A DNA stretch of 64,000 nt from positions 37,140,001 through 37,204,000 of the forward strand of contig CM119372.1 in NCBI GenBank assembly GCA_051294905.1, written 5' to 3'. Numbering within the stretch: the stretch's first letter is position 1; each line of letters starts with the position of its first letter. Below, piece after piece: positions 25,943-39,046 of this stretch. A program made the translations under genes and the position numbers. The DNA comes from Botryllus schlosseri. Taxonomy: Eukaryota. Below the pieces are notes generated by a model that was not told where the DNA came from, did no database searches, and saw only the letters and a list, made by a program, of their open reading frames with translations.

Positions 25943-26845
25943 CAGTGGTCGGGAACCTATGGCTCGCGAGCCATATATGGCTCTTTCGGGTTTCAGATAT
26001 GGCTCTATGACTTATTTCTAATTTTGTACTTAGTTTTATCGATATTGCAGCAACGTGTAAGTACATTTTCATAACCGCCAGAATAATGATTCTCGTGGCA
26101 GCATAAACATGTATTCAAGGGGTCAAGACAGTGGCGTATACAGGGTTAAGGGCTCGGACCCATTTACAAATTCCTCAAATTTAAGTTGCTGTAGCGCCAG
26201 CGACTGATATCCATCGCGAATTCGATGAACCGGACATCGCGCGCTGAGTAATCTTGGATTGTACCATACGTTGGTTAATGAGAGAATAGCAGACATCGGG
26301 ACGTCTCTATGACAATCCAGTCTTCAAATACACATTGTCTTCCTGATCTACGCCGAGAAATGAGCTGCCGTGGAAGTGACATTTTAAGTACAAATTCAAA
26401 TTACAAACAACGCTACATTATCCATTTTTTTCATTGGTAAGTCGGCCTAGCTTAGCAGTAGCCTACTTCTGTTAAAATGCAGGCGTACAGTGCAACGTTT
26501 ATGTTACCGAGGAATACTTTAAGAATTGATAAGTCGATCAATCCTTAGATTTTCGTAATCAGGGCTATAGTTATATTCAATTAATATCAGTTATTATAAA
26601 TTCTGAGCTAGTTACGATGAACTGCATTATCACGGGATGACTAGTAGCCTACGAGTTTTTACAGAGAACATATGGCGCCCACGACGAATCCCATGTACTG
26701 AGTTCGAATAAGTACGACCATGACGTCACGAATTTTCAATTGTGACGCAACAAGGGATCCACATGTATGGCTCTTTGGGAGTTGAAATGAAAAAAAAAAA
26801 CAGGGCCAACATTGCTCTTCAGTCGAAAAAGGTTCCCGACCACTG
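25943..26845 (+). mobile_element. Buster-like hAT MITE, CAGTGGTCGGGAACC family, copy 1
   Basis: 15-bp TIRs; exact TSD cactagac. Confidence 0.92.
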
Positions 26846-27465
26846 CACTAGACTGATGACAAGCATACACTCTCCCACTACTAATAAACGTAGGCCAGGA
26901 AGGAAATTTAGAGAGTAGTCAAATAGCATAAACCGGGATGCACTAAGTCAAGTATTCTGTGTTGGTCCCGAAGATGCATCTTGTAATTTTCTTCTTCTAT
27001 GCATCTGAACAGCAATTTGCACACAATGTCCAATTTTATCAATATGTTTACCAATAACAGTGATTGTTGGCACATACAAATCCTATTATATTTATTATTA
27101 CCATAGCAATTTCAAGAAACCTTTGAAAGCACCTGTTTTCATATTAAGGAAGAAGTCACGAAGCATTTTCACAAACTCCGGCTCCCGACCCCAGCCAGCA
27201 TTTGTTTCACGACTCCGACTCCGGCCACAAGGAGGGCTAAGAAATTTTTGAGACTTCGACTCCATTAAGTGAAAATTTAGCGAAACTCCGACACCGACTC
27301 CGACCCTACAGCCTTGAATCCAAGGAGCCTAGTTTAAGAACGTCTGCTCTAACGTAACAGTGAAAATTGAGAACGCCGAGAAGGAAATCGATCAGTTGGC
27401 GTTACCAAATTGCTGATTTCGCCATCGTAAAGCCATTACTTTGCGAACGTCACAGTACACGTTGA

Positions 27466-27700
27466 TTTGTTTGTTTGCTGTATTAGTGGTGTTTGTCGAC
27501 TACAATGGTCAATGGAAATTCAAACCAGGGCGATATTCCTTATTTTTGATTCCATGCCTGCCGACATACAGCACGGCCCGCTTCGTGGATTTTTTAAACA
27601 CCGCTTACGCGGATCACGTGGATAGGAAGAGCCTAGATAAACCTTTAACACTGAGGTAGGAATTTCGGAGTCGACCTCGGTCGAACTCGAACCAAAGTAC
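27466..27700 (-). mobile_element. Diverged copy of the tRNA-derived SINE with (CAAA)n tail
   Basis: Homologous to 41257-41536 (gtgtttgtcgactac...gtcgacctcggtcg). Confidence 0.75.
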
Positions 27701-27999
27701 TCCAGCTACATTATTAGTGATACAAATGGTAGGATGCGAGATTTACGTTCTGTATTATATGCGAACCTCCTTAAATTAAATCCGTGATACTTGACCATTT
27801 CCCTCCAGGCTATGATTCTGTTCGTTGCGAGGGCCTTGGTTAAGGTTAGAGATTTTGTATTATATATAGTCACTTGGTTATATGTCACATAGTAAACTGT
27901 GAGTTTATTTTGTCGCATACTCGAATGTCATACGACCTTTTAAAACAACTTCAATTCGCTTTACATGTATAATCTCCGACTGATGGATGTGACGAACAG

Positions 28000-28220
28000 C
28001 TGTGATCGCCTCCTGGATTTGGTCATTGATTTGGAATGTCACTCAAGAAATCAACGACGGATATGACCTGGAAGGATTCGGGACGCATTGCGCGCCGGTA
28101 TGGAATACAGAGCGGCCTACGTCGAGAACATACTTGATTCTGCTCGTTAGCTTTTGTTATTTCGGCAATATCATCATATTGCTGATATGCTACATAAAGA
28201 TATGGATGGCGATGAAAAAG
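28000..28220 (+). CDS. Opsin A exon 4 (TM4-ECL2-TM5; E181, C187)
   Basis: (A)VIASWIWSLIWNVTQEINDGYDLEGFGTHCAPVWNTERPTSRTYLILLVSFCYFGNIIILLICYIKIWMAMKK|gtaatt. Contains the YxxEGxxxxCxPxW motif. Phase-0 intron after residue 232, as in rhodopsin intron 3. Confidence 0.93.
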
Positions 28221-29019
28221 GTAATTCCCTATCTACAAACAATGCCAATTCCTTAAGGGAGCTGCATCTACGACACACTCTTAGGGGAAAAGTGTGTATT
28301 CACATTCACTGCCAAGAGGTGATACACGACAACAGAACCTGACTCAGAATAATATCGCGGTTATAAACCCCACGTGTCTACGTGCATACCTTTCTACGTC
28401 CCCAAGTGCACGCATTATTTGGATCAAAATATTGTTTTTGATCTATACCGTGGTGTAAGTCTGAGGTAAATTCTGATTTCGTGTATCACGGGTCTATATT
28501 CACACCCGTATGTCACCGCTTGTACACGGGTGTTAATACACACTAAGTTCGCTAAGGTGTGGGGTTGTTTGAATTTTTTAAATATTTCAGCGAATAAATT
28601 GTGTAATAGCCAGGTTGATTAAAAATAACGTTAGACGTAAAATATAGATCAATTCCAATCATGTATCAAAATCCGAGTGAGACCTAATTGAACGTTCAGC
28701 TATTCTGGAAAATAATTGTATTCGCGCTGGCATATTTCGTCTCTTCGACATGACCAAATATGATATTCCGAGTATGCCTATTGCAGATTAATGCTTTCCA
28801 CGCGCTTCTATTTTGACAATGGCGTGTGATAGAGGTTTAGTAACGACACTCCATTTAATGAAATATTGATTAGTTGGAAATCAGTCAAATTCATCGAAAT
28901 AGTCACGTTAAAATGATGATGATATAATTCGCAAATAAAATACCTCCCAAAGTGACTGCAATCAACGAGCTGGACAACAAAATTAATTGGTAACACGGTA
29001 AAATGCAGGTACCTTTTTC

Positions 29020-29421
29020 TAGAGTTGCCATACGTTTTCCTTTAGGAGGATTTATCATCCTTTTCCATGTTTTTGAAAATGTCCTCCGAGGACGCCCAAA
29101 TGTCCTCCTTTTTACGATTTTGTCCTCTTTTTGAAGAATTTTGGTCAAATCTACTGTGAAATTGGAGTGAGATACCGTAAATCAGCACCGAAGCAACCGG
29201 GCAATTTGGGAGCCGAGCCGGTAAAATGACAAAACCACCTATAAACGTGAAGTAAAAAACTGTATTTTGGGCGATGGGCGCAAAAGTTGACCTTTTTTTT
29301 AGTCAACTGACCACGAAGTGATAAAAATTTACTTTTTCGTCTAAATTTTTCTCCGGAATTCTGGGTTTGAAAATTTTGAAAAAGTGTCCTCTTTTTCCGA
29401 TTCCAAATTATGGTAACCCTA
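29020..29421. mobile_element. TAGGGTTACCA-family MITE (degenerate left end)
   Basis: tagagttgccata ... tatggtaacccta; homologous to 3833-4156 and 30654-30980. Confidence 0.75.
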
Positions 29422-29774
29422 ATATATTCCTAAAGTGATCGTTAGGATAATGTAGATTTCGCGAAATCTATACACGGATCTTGTGGCTGTATTCTTCAGA
29501 ATGAATTGTGATAATATGATATTATCCTATTTGCTTTTCCAAAGGAGTTAGGACTCACGGACATAGTTTCAAACTTTTAGTGGAACGACATTATCTTTCA
29601 CTCATTGTTATCTACTGAACTTGTATCGTCTTACGATGGGACGCTCGTGATGTAGCACCGCTGACTAGGATGACTGAGGTGATATTAAATGACCCCCTGA
29701 TAACTAAAGTGCTTTTATCTACTTGATGAGTTAGTAAATCAGTTATTATATGTTTGTGTCTACATTACAAACAG

Positions 29775-29915
29775 ACAAGACTGCACTCCACAACAGCGCA
29801 GCAAGCTGAGAGAGCAGTTACCACGACTATTATCTATATCGTCGTTGGATTTGTATTCTGTTGGACTCCGTACGCAGGTTTATCCATATACAATCTCGCT
29901 CGACCAGGATTTCCG
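29775..29915 (+). CDS. Opsin A exon 5 (ICL3-TM6)
   Basis: acag|TRLHSTTAQQAERAVTTTIIYIVVGFVFCWTPYAGLSIYNLARPGFP|gtaaa; CWxPY motif. Confidence 0.92.
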
Positions 29916-29969
29916 GTAAAATTGACGATGGTGACGGGGCCCATAAAATTACGAATATGTTTCTTTAAG

Positions 29970-30059
29970 GTGAACCCATACATGAAAACCGTATGTGTCT
30001 ACGTGGCAAAAACTTCCACCATACTCAATCCGATAATCTATGCAATCAAGAACCGACAG
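29970..30059 (+). CDS. Opsin A exon 6 (TM7 with K296, NPxxY, NRQ)
   Basis: ttctttaag|VNPYMKTVCVYVAKTSTILNPIIYAIKNRQ|gtata. K296 codon AAA at 30009-30011. Intron after Q312, as in rhodopsin intron 4. Confidence 0.95.
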
Positions 30060-30653
30060 GTATAATATATGTTTATTCCAAGCTTTTTAAAATAGGAATA
30101 ACTTGCCCTGCAGGCACACATAGTTCGAACCTTCGATTGACGAGTAACCTTGAGTATTGCACTTTTTGACTCGAGTGGAATCAAGACAATCGGTCTTTCA
30201 GGGTGAGTCGAGTCAAGTCAAGTCACTCGATTGTTGGAGGTAACTCGAGTAAACTAAAGTCCATTCCGGCACAACCTAAGTCAAATTGCATTTTCAAGTA
30301 CGAGACACGATTAGGTCAATGTGCTTTGTGCTTTGCTAGCTGTTTGTAATACAGATTGAGTCGCCATTTATTTTGAATCGAGGAACGAATATCAAATATA
30401 ATATCCCTACAAAAAGGCGTTGTATCGTCCATGCATACGTAGAACTGCTAAACTCGGTAAGTAGCATTATAGACAAAATACAGAATAGAATACAAAGACG
30501 CAGAAACTTGAAACGAAAAGATATGATGCTATAAACTACCCACATACACACCCGTGGGATACAATTCAAGCCTGGCCCTATTTTTGACCAGTAATTTGAA
30601 CCTATAAACTGTCTTCGAATTCGAATTCAATAATAAAACAGGTTTGGTAAAGG

Positions 30654-30980
30654 TAGGGTTACCATAAGTCCTCATTTAGGAGGATTTGTCTTCCTTTTTC
30701 AGGTTTTTGAAAATGTCATCCGAGGACGCCTAAATGTCCTCCATTTTGAGATTTTGTTGTTAAATGTAGGGCAAATTCGACTGAAATGCAGTAGATCCGC
30801 ACTGAAGTGACGATCCCGCGGCTATTTTGGGAGCTGAGTCGGAAATTTGACCTTTTTTCTAATCAACCACCTGATAACGTGAGGAGAGATTTACCATTTC
30901 AAGATTTTCCTCCGGTATTCTAAGTTTGTATGTTTTGAAATAGTGTCCTCTTTTCCCGATTCCAAAATATGGTAACCCTA
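30654..30980. mobile_element. TAGGGTTACCA-family hAT MITE
   Basis: 13-bp TIRs; exact TSD ggtaaagg. Confidence 0.9.
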
Positions 30981-31868
30981 GGTAAAGGTGAGCACTAGGC
31001 ATGGGGAGCAGTCTATAGAACAGATATAGACAATTTGCTGTTAGGTTACTACACTACTATAGTTTATTGACGTAAGCTGTAAGCTCTGATCACTTCGCTT
31101 GTGCTCATATCATTTGCGATATAACAATGGAGACTGAGTAAAACACATAATCATTCAATGATCGCATGGTCGCTCCGACATGTCATACCAGCGTATCGCG
31201 AACGATACGACATATGCACGATACAGCTATTTTTATCGACACCTACTACATGATAACTTAGAATTGGCGACTCATAAATTTTGCTCCGAGTTTTATCCCA
31301 GCACCGGACGTCACCTGATTATTATCTAAGACATCGTTTTAGCCGATAAAACGCAAGCAAAAGAAACTTTAAATCACAGGTTTTTAGAATTGAAATTCTC
31401 ACAGATCTTTCACGAGAGATCCATGGATAACTTGTATCGAGAGGTGGACAGTAACTAAACGGTATTTTACTCCTCTTGCTTGGTACTTCGGCACAACTTT
31501 TCGTTTTATGCGCCCCTAACTGTTTCTATAAAGTTACTCAAAGTTGTGATTCAATGTGAATCGTGCAGAAATGTCCTAGTATAACTTCTTATCTCATTAG
31601 GAAACAAATTGGCATCGGATGAATTAACAAAAGCATACTTTTGTCAGGAAACAAGCGACATGATGGTCATTCTGTTATGAAACTTCCTCTGGTAACGAGC
31701 CACAGTTCTAGACTCTTCGCGGTGAACGATCCCCATTCTTCTTCGAAATGACAGCGCCAGTCAGCGGCTAGTTATCTTTTCATTGCTTTGCTAATTTCAC
31801 ACATTTCTAATCAACACAAGAGGCCAACTGAACAGGGCTAAAAAGTCAATGGTCGGTACACGTTAGAT

Positions 31869-34800
31869 CAGGCCTGGGCAATGTGCGGCCCGCGGGCCAA
31901 ATGCGGCTCGCGGAGCGATTCGGTGCGGCCCGCCAAAGTGTGCTTGAAATTCAAAATATTAAATATTAATGTTGCTGCGTGGACTAAAACCATAGGAAAT
32001 ATAAAGTGAGCCAGATATTCGTTTATGATCAAGCCTGTTCATTAACATACCGTGATTTCGCATCCTATACGTACCTCACATGCCTAATCCAGATTCAAAG
32101 TAAAGTCAATGTAGCAAATTATGCCGTAAGAATTAAAGTCACAAGAAGTCACCAAACCTTCTTTGTTGCCATTATTACATTACGCATTACAAGGTTTGTG
32201 TTTCAATTTGTTACGTGATGTGTTTCCAAATCCATAATTCGCAGAACAAGTGAATCAGGGCTCATGCTCATCATTTCTATGAATATATCACCGCCCATAA
32301 AGGATGTGAAAAAAAGAAAGCCTAAAGTTGAAGTTCAAACATCGTTAATAACTGCAACCTTGGCTAAACAACGAGCCATTTCGGCAAGCTGCACAGTGAA
32401 CACGTCTCTGAAACCATCTACCAAGACAATAAGCAATACATTATCCTCGGGACCTTAACTCCCGCACCCCAAGTCCCCAAATCGGGTGGCGATTTCGTGA
32501 ATGAACATAAATTATAGGGTATTTTTTTTAATTTACGCAACTTCATTCAAATTTTACTCGCGCTTCGCGCGATTCAGAGATTAATGGTTTTTAGAATTGG
32601 GCATTTCGGCGCACGACACACCAAGATAAATGAAGTTTGAGCCAACACGGGATTCCGGGACATTTACACTGCAATTGCAACTGCTGATTAAATTAACCAA
32701 GTAAAGGGAACAAAGCTCGACAGCGAGCAAACCTTGGCCGAGAAGGACTGTCCTAATGTTGACCAAAAACCACGAAGTCCAATTGTCCATAGGCAATATT
32801 GCCAGTGAAGGAATACTTATCGGGAATCGGGCAGTGTTGGGATAACTCGAGTCATGACTTGACTCGAGTCACTTTTTCGTATGACTTGACTTGACTCGAG
32901 TCACTTGCAAAAATGAATTGACTTGACATGACTCGGTGCTTCAAAAATGCGGATTGACTCGTGACTCGGAGCAAAATTTACGATTCAATTTCAAGTCATC
33001 ATGTAAACGATATCAATCAAATCAGTGTATTTTGTGCATATGTTCGTATTGTTCGCGATACGCTTGTGTCACTTGTGAGATTAACCAGGCATTCACTGAA
33101 TGCACGTTTGAATGATCCTCCATTATTGCATCACAAATATATTGCCCACCAACGAATTGATCACAGGTTACGTTGTCGTAGTAGTAGTAGTAGAAGAAGA
33201 AGAAGAATGCAATAGCAATTAACGTATCCATGTTTCTTGGACGGCTCAGTGCTAACATTGCACAATGATCACCTTTATCAACCCTCTTGTATGATTCAAA
33301 TCCATATCAATTTGTTACAACTTCTCGAGGCTTCGTATTCGATCCTATTGGTTGATATAATAACAGACTTCTGCATAGTTATACAGTTAGTCGCGTATTT
33401 TATTTGCGGTTCTACGTGTGCGTGATAACCGCCTTCTTGCATGCACATTAAACTTTATATAAGTAATTTGAGGCAAGATAAATGGCAAATTATTCTGTCT
33501 CTAACACAGCTAGCAAAATGTAATGACTTTGAATCGTCGCTGATACTTCGAAAATTCAATTTGACGTGAATTAAGACTTGACTCGTGACTCGACTTGACT
33601 CGTGACTCGACTTGACTCGTGACTCGACTTGACTCGTGACTCGACTTGACTTGACTTGACTTGACTCGAGTCACATCCAAAAAACGAGTGACTTGACTCG
33701 ACTCAAGTCACCTTCGAAAATCGATTGACTTGACTTGACTCGAATCAAAATGTGCAATGACTCGAGATGACTCGTGACTCGAAGGTAGTGACTTGATCCC
33801 AACACTGGAATCGGGAGCGTCTTTTTAGTTTGGTACGCTTTGGCGATTTCAATATATTTTCACATAGCAGGCGGGAGGTCACGAAATAGCAACATGTAAC
33901 GAAGTAATTATACCAACTGACCCTCCCGTATATTTCCAGGACAGTACCTCACTCAGCTCTAACGGCAAAACGGAGTAGGCCATTACGTTGGCTGAGAGAG
34001 GTTAAAAAATATAGCAATATATATGCAATTACCAATATTATTGACCGATTGAATCATAAATCATGAAAAAACTCTGCGCTTAGCGCGATTAGGGCATAAA
34101 CGTTGCCCATTAGTGTATACAGGACATTTCGTGCATCGAGCATCTCGATGGGGACTGATCTGGGGGCGAAGCCCCCAGGAGCTTGGTTTAGAACAGTGGT
34201 TCCCAACGTGGGCGATATCGCCCCCCAGGGGGCGATTTGGCGGTCTAGGGGGGCGAAAATGACGAAGGGGCGACGGGGGGGGGGCGAAAATGGACAAAGG
34301 GGGCGATGGGGGCGAAAATAGCGAAGGGGGCGATAGGGGAGCGATGACGCGTCAAATCGGCTGACCTTTTTTTTTCAGTCAACCCACGGAAATTTAGTTA
34401 CAAAAGTGTGTCAAATTAGCCATCGAGCCGAAAATTTGACCTTTTTTTTAGTCAACCCGCCGGTGATTTCAGTTTTTATGCCCAATTTTCGGTACACAAA
34501 ATTTGGGGGGCGATGATCGGTGTTCACCTTGAAAAGGGGACGATGGGTCGAAAAAGGTTTTAGAACTTTATGGGGGGCCCAAGATCAACGTTTGGGGGGG
34601 ATGACGACGGTTTGTTTCGGCTATTCCAAATACATTTTAATGTATTAATAGAAAAACGCGGATAGGGTCTCAAAGAGACTTTAAAATTATCATGTTTAAT
34701 ATTGTTTCAAAATATGACGGCTAATAAATATTTTTTGGGTATTTAACCGTCACTTTGTCATTCCCCAATATCAACACATCCACTGAGCACCAATTCGTGT

Positions 34801-34924
34801 AATTCACTGCTCCCAATTTAGAAATAAAATCAATACGCCAGATATTCTGAGATTTCTGACTTGGCCCGCTAACATATTTCTGCTTCTCATTCGACCCGCG
34901 GAGAAAAATAATTGCCCACCCCTG
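31869..34924. mobile_element. Buster-like hAT element with nested MITEs
   Basis: Ends caggcctgggcaa / ttgcccacccctg; exact TSD cgttagat; gcggcccgc subterminal repeats. Nested elements at 32832-33807 and ~34194-34560. Confidence 0.85.
32832..33807. mobile_element. GACTCGAGTC-family hAT MITE (best-preserved copy)
   Basis: TIRs cagtgttgggat / atcccaacactg; exact TSD gaatcggg; 17-bp tandem gacttgactcgtgactc at ~33575-33650. Confidence 0.92.
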
Positions 34925-35145
34925 CGTTAGATGTTTGATAGTCGGCGTTACAATTAACAGTCCGTTAAAGCCGGGAGCATGTCAGAGTCAGAGTCGGAAA
35001 CTGAAACCTTACCGATAATATAAGTCGTTAGAACGGTCGGGTTTTAATTTGTTCGACTTTTATGCCCTGCTTCTATATTTAGCATTCTACTCACCTTCGA
35101 CGGTGTATTGATACAATAAAAAGGATTGATTTGTTATCCTCACAG

Positions 35146-35232
35146 ATACGCAGAGAAATGATTGGGAGCATTAGATCGAATAACGCAAAGCCAGAAGAGA
35201 ACGAAATGGTTCGGATCGATCGCGGCCAGTAG
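35146..35232 (+). CDS. Opsin A probable exon 7 (helix 8 and C-tail, stop)
   Basis: ttatcctcacag|IRREMIGSIRSNNAKPEENEMVRIDRGQ*. Gives NRQ|IRREM against rhodopsin NKQ|FRNCM. Total CDS 999 nt, 332 aa. Confidence 0.7.
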   Translation: MRREMIGSIRSNNAKPEENEMVRIDRGQ

Positions 35233-35961
35233 TTCCTACAAACGCCCATTGGTGGAGTAACAATTCACACTGCAATATCCGATAGACTTTGATGAATTTC
35301 AATTGTAGTCGTCTGTTTGGGCGATGCCGTAAGATATATCACAATTACCAACAAACTATTGATTTATTGCGTGTGTTGGTATTAGTGATACCATGCCAGA
35401 CTTAAATGTCGAACATCGTGAATTGTTTCCCGGTGTTCCTCACAGTCGTAATGGGCCATACGGGGTTGTGACATCCACTATTTTAAATTTATGTTCCACT
35501 TCCCTTCGCGTGTTCAGATGTGTTAAAGACATATACTGGCGGAATGGTGCGAACTGGTTAGTTAGCAACCAGGTGATCACCCACTATTGAGTTGACGAGA
35601 GAACAATCAGTATTGCTTAAATTATGTTCCGAAGTAGCTTACACCAGTAGATAATTACCGACCTTGGCACACCAGTCGCTTATGGGAGATAAGTGCTACT
35701 ACGACCTTTTACGATACTTATAATAGAATTTCAGCAAACGTTCGATTCTTGATCCAGGAGATCGCTTTTCGGGTATTGTACGTATTTTTCGGAGGACCTT
35801 GAATGCACCCTTGGACTAAATTACAACTGTACTCGAAAATCACAGCATAATTTTTGAAATTTCGATTCTTCATTTTCAATCATCTTTACCTGTGAAACCT
35901 TTGCCAATTCTTTTTCTGCCGTAATTATGCAATCTAACTTCTTCATGTATTGCATAAGAAT

Positions 35962-36948
35962 TAGGGATGGTGTGAACCTCTGAAAGGTTCAGGTTCGTGT
36001 GAACGCGAACCTTTTTGAAAGGTTCTGTGTGAACGCGAACGTGAACCTCATGACGTCACGTGTCGTCATATTGCTAATTCCAACCCTATATTAATGTTCA
36101 ATTGTACACGATACCTAGCGACGACTCGGGCCACATAATGCCACAATGTTGAAGTACATATTGGCGTTTTAAATGTCGCCAAATGTATAAACTGAGGCAA
36201 TCAAATGATATGATAATTCCATAAAATCAATATCTTCCGTCGCTTTGCCGACAATTGCGACGAGGACTTGCCAGGGAATATAAGCTTACGCCTTAACGGT
36301 CTAGGCCAGACCGTGCAATGTAGTCGGCGTCTGAGTATTATTACATTGATATTGAACAGAGTGTAAAACAGGTTTCTATACTTGCCCCCGATATTACCCC
36401 ATTAACAAGTTATACGGCTGTAGCCAACACCTCAATCGCACGGATTTGGTTTTAATGATACGTTAACATATGAAGTCAAGATCGCGCCTGCTTGATTTTG
36501 TACATCACAAAACGATATCAATCTCATTGATTGGTTGAATAAGCATCATTCGCTGACTACATGTAGTGTATTTCGCTCGTGATGTTGTGGGATTGCGGGT
36601 CAAGCTCACAGCAGAGAGTCATATCTAGCTTTCCGTTTGTAATCACCAACGGAAAGCTAGATATTTCGAGCAAACTTTCGTAACAAAGCAAGTAAAATTT
36701 TTGAGATTGCCAAGGTGCATGCTCGTTTATTGTTGATTTTTTATGCTGCCAGCGCCGTGCATAGAGTGACCCGCAGTTGAAATGCAATAAATTTGAACCA
36801 AAGATGTTATAATGAAGTGAAAATTGTAATATATGAAAAAGGTTCACAGTGCAGAACCTACCAAGGTTCTGTTGTGAACGCGAACCTCTAAATTTCCGAG
36901 GTTCACACACAGAACGCGAACGTGAACCTCACGTTCACACCATCCCTA
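35962..36948. mobile_element. hAT MITE (TAGGGATGGTGTGAAC termini)
   Basis: 16-bp TIRs, gtgaac subterminal repeats, exact TSD ataagaat. Confidence 0.92.
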
Positions 36949-38946
36949 ATAAGAATAACAATTTGACTTGATTACTGAAATTTTTAAAGTTTACTTCAAT
37001 CTCGCCATTTTCATTAGGGGCAGGTTGCTCCCCGGATTATGAATGTATTTAATAGTTTTACTGTGAATAATGAATATAATATAAGTATTGGTTAATTTGA
37101 CCTGCGGGCTACTCTACTATAGGATTAAGTGTTTGATGATATAATGAAATACTTTACTTTTCACCTGAACATTTTTCAATGAATCTCTATAATAATATGA
37201 AATCCTTAGCAAACTTTATTCTTCGATTGTCCCTTTCGAATTCATATTAACACCTTTCAAAAGATGTATGGATCGTTCGTTTTGGTATTAGTATTTATAC
37301 CGTGATGATGTGATCGGAAAAATAGGGACCGAGGACTACTCAGCACAGCTTTTTATGGGGAAATATGCAATAACTAGTTCTAAGTATATTACAAACATTG
37401 CGGTTATGTTGTTCCCAAGTTTCACCCCTATATGAGATAGAAAATTTCTTGACGGACTGGATGATTTGTATATGAAGCAACTATAGATGCTGATGTTGTG
37501 ATAATATAGTGTTCTAACGGTGAATTGAGCTGGGGTATTAGAAGAGATTGTCTACATAGCCAGATAATGTTATTTCTTCATATTGCTTCATCAGTGGTTC
37601 TCAACCTTTGTGACCTCATCGACAGGTAAAACTTCAAAACAAATTTTGCGAAACAGTGAGCTTTGAAAAATCGATTTAATTAAGACAAATATATACAGCC
37701 CAAAAATAATATATTGGAAACTTCATTTACCGCTGTCTTTTTATATTACATATTTATACGTGGTTATACTGAAGTTTTTGCAAGGCGAAGCTCACGTAGT
37801 TAGGGCCTTGGAATGCGGCAATGAATGCGCACCTGACACTTGTACCTCCCAACTACACGGTTAACGATTTTCTTCGTGATCAAAAGTATACACTAGGAGT
37901 GTCCCACCCAACTTGGGTCCCGGGCCGGATTCTAAAGTTTTGGTCGCTAGCGGGTCGGACCAGTCAATGAATACAGATTACTCCAAATCTTTACCTTTGT
38001 TTTTCAAGCGAATGCCATCCACGCCAAGCAGACTAGTATTAGACATTATATCATGGAAAATGTGAGCTCTGTTCGAGCAATACCGTTATTCGCGAACATT
38101 CGAATTGGCGCAAACACGATGCCTCACCGCTGGAATAGAGTTATAAAAATTTCCGAACTGAATGTGCAATTTTTGCCTTCTCAGAATGTAGTGTCAAACT
38201 GTCAATGTCACCAACTTGTTTCTGATGGTTGCTCGAGTGAGAACTCAACACTACCGACAGATGGTTGTGGCCATTGAACATGTTCGACATTTACGTTCTT
38301 GTGGGATTATAATTATTTACGCCAAAACATTTATTGGTAAATTTTCAACTTCTTTTTTAAATGTACCGAATATACCGGATAATTCGATACTTTTTCAATT
38401 TACTCAGAATGGCCTCGCCGGATGAGAGTATGTGGGCCGGATGATTGACACCCCTGGTATTCACAATTCATATCCGTGACAACCCGTTATTTATATCAGT
38501 CATTAGGAATATGTACTTATATCCGATACCCATCCTCTTTAATAGAACCTATTCACTACATCGCATTGTGTCCAGTGTAGCTCATTGTACAATGTACATT
38601 ACTTGTCCTGAGTGAATTAAAATACGGAAGCCCCAATTATTCCGATTAAAGCCCGCGTAAATCCCTGTTTTAGAGGGGTCTGTGGTCGCAGCACTGCGGC
38701 GAGATCGCTTCCTGGCCGTTTGCGCCGCCCCTCGCCTTGCTCACTGAACCATGGCCATAATAAAACTAACCAAGGGTATCGCTGTATGGTACGGTAACGG
38801 GTTGTCGTTAATTAATGGTATTATTGGTATTCCATTAATTTGATTTTGATTGTTCTGTATCTTTTGAAATAATTTCTAATAAATGCGACTTTGCTGTTTG
38901 GTATAGCCTCTGTTATACTGTCAAGTGTCGCTTAATTGCACTGTTG

Positions 38947-39046
38947 NNNNNNNNNNNNNNNNNNNNNNNNNNNNNNNNNNNNNNNNNNNNNNNNNNNNNN
39001 NNNNNNNNNNNNNNNNNNNNNNNNNNNNNNNNNNNNNNNNNNNNNN
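38947..39046. other. Assembly gap (100 N)
   Basis: Run of exactly 100 N, typical of a scaffold join of unknown size. Confidence 0.99.

Noticed and set aside
29754..30065. Single 103-aa ORF treated as one exon
   Set aside because: It includes an 18-aa excess bounded by GT...AG relative to rhodopsin spacing; modelled as two exons, with retention noted as a finding.
31405..31458. Alternative terminal exon for opsin A (ctcacag|IFHERSMDNLYREVDSN*)
   Set aside because: Poorer match to the helix-8 pattern (F/I-R-x-x-M) than 35146-35232; not fully excluded without cDNA.
33575..33670. Regular 17-bp and 5-bp repeats superficially like a CRISPR array
   Set aside because: Head-to-tail repeats with no unique spacers; they are subterminal repeats of a TIR/TSD-bounded MITE in a eukaryotic intron.
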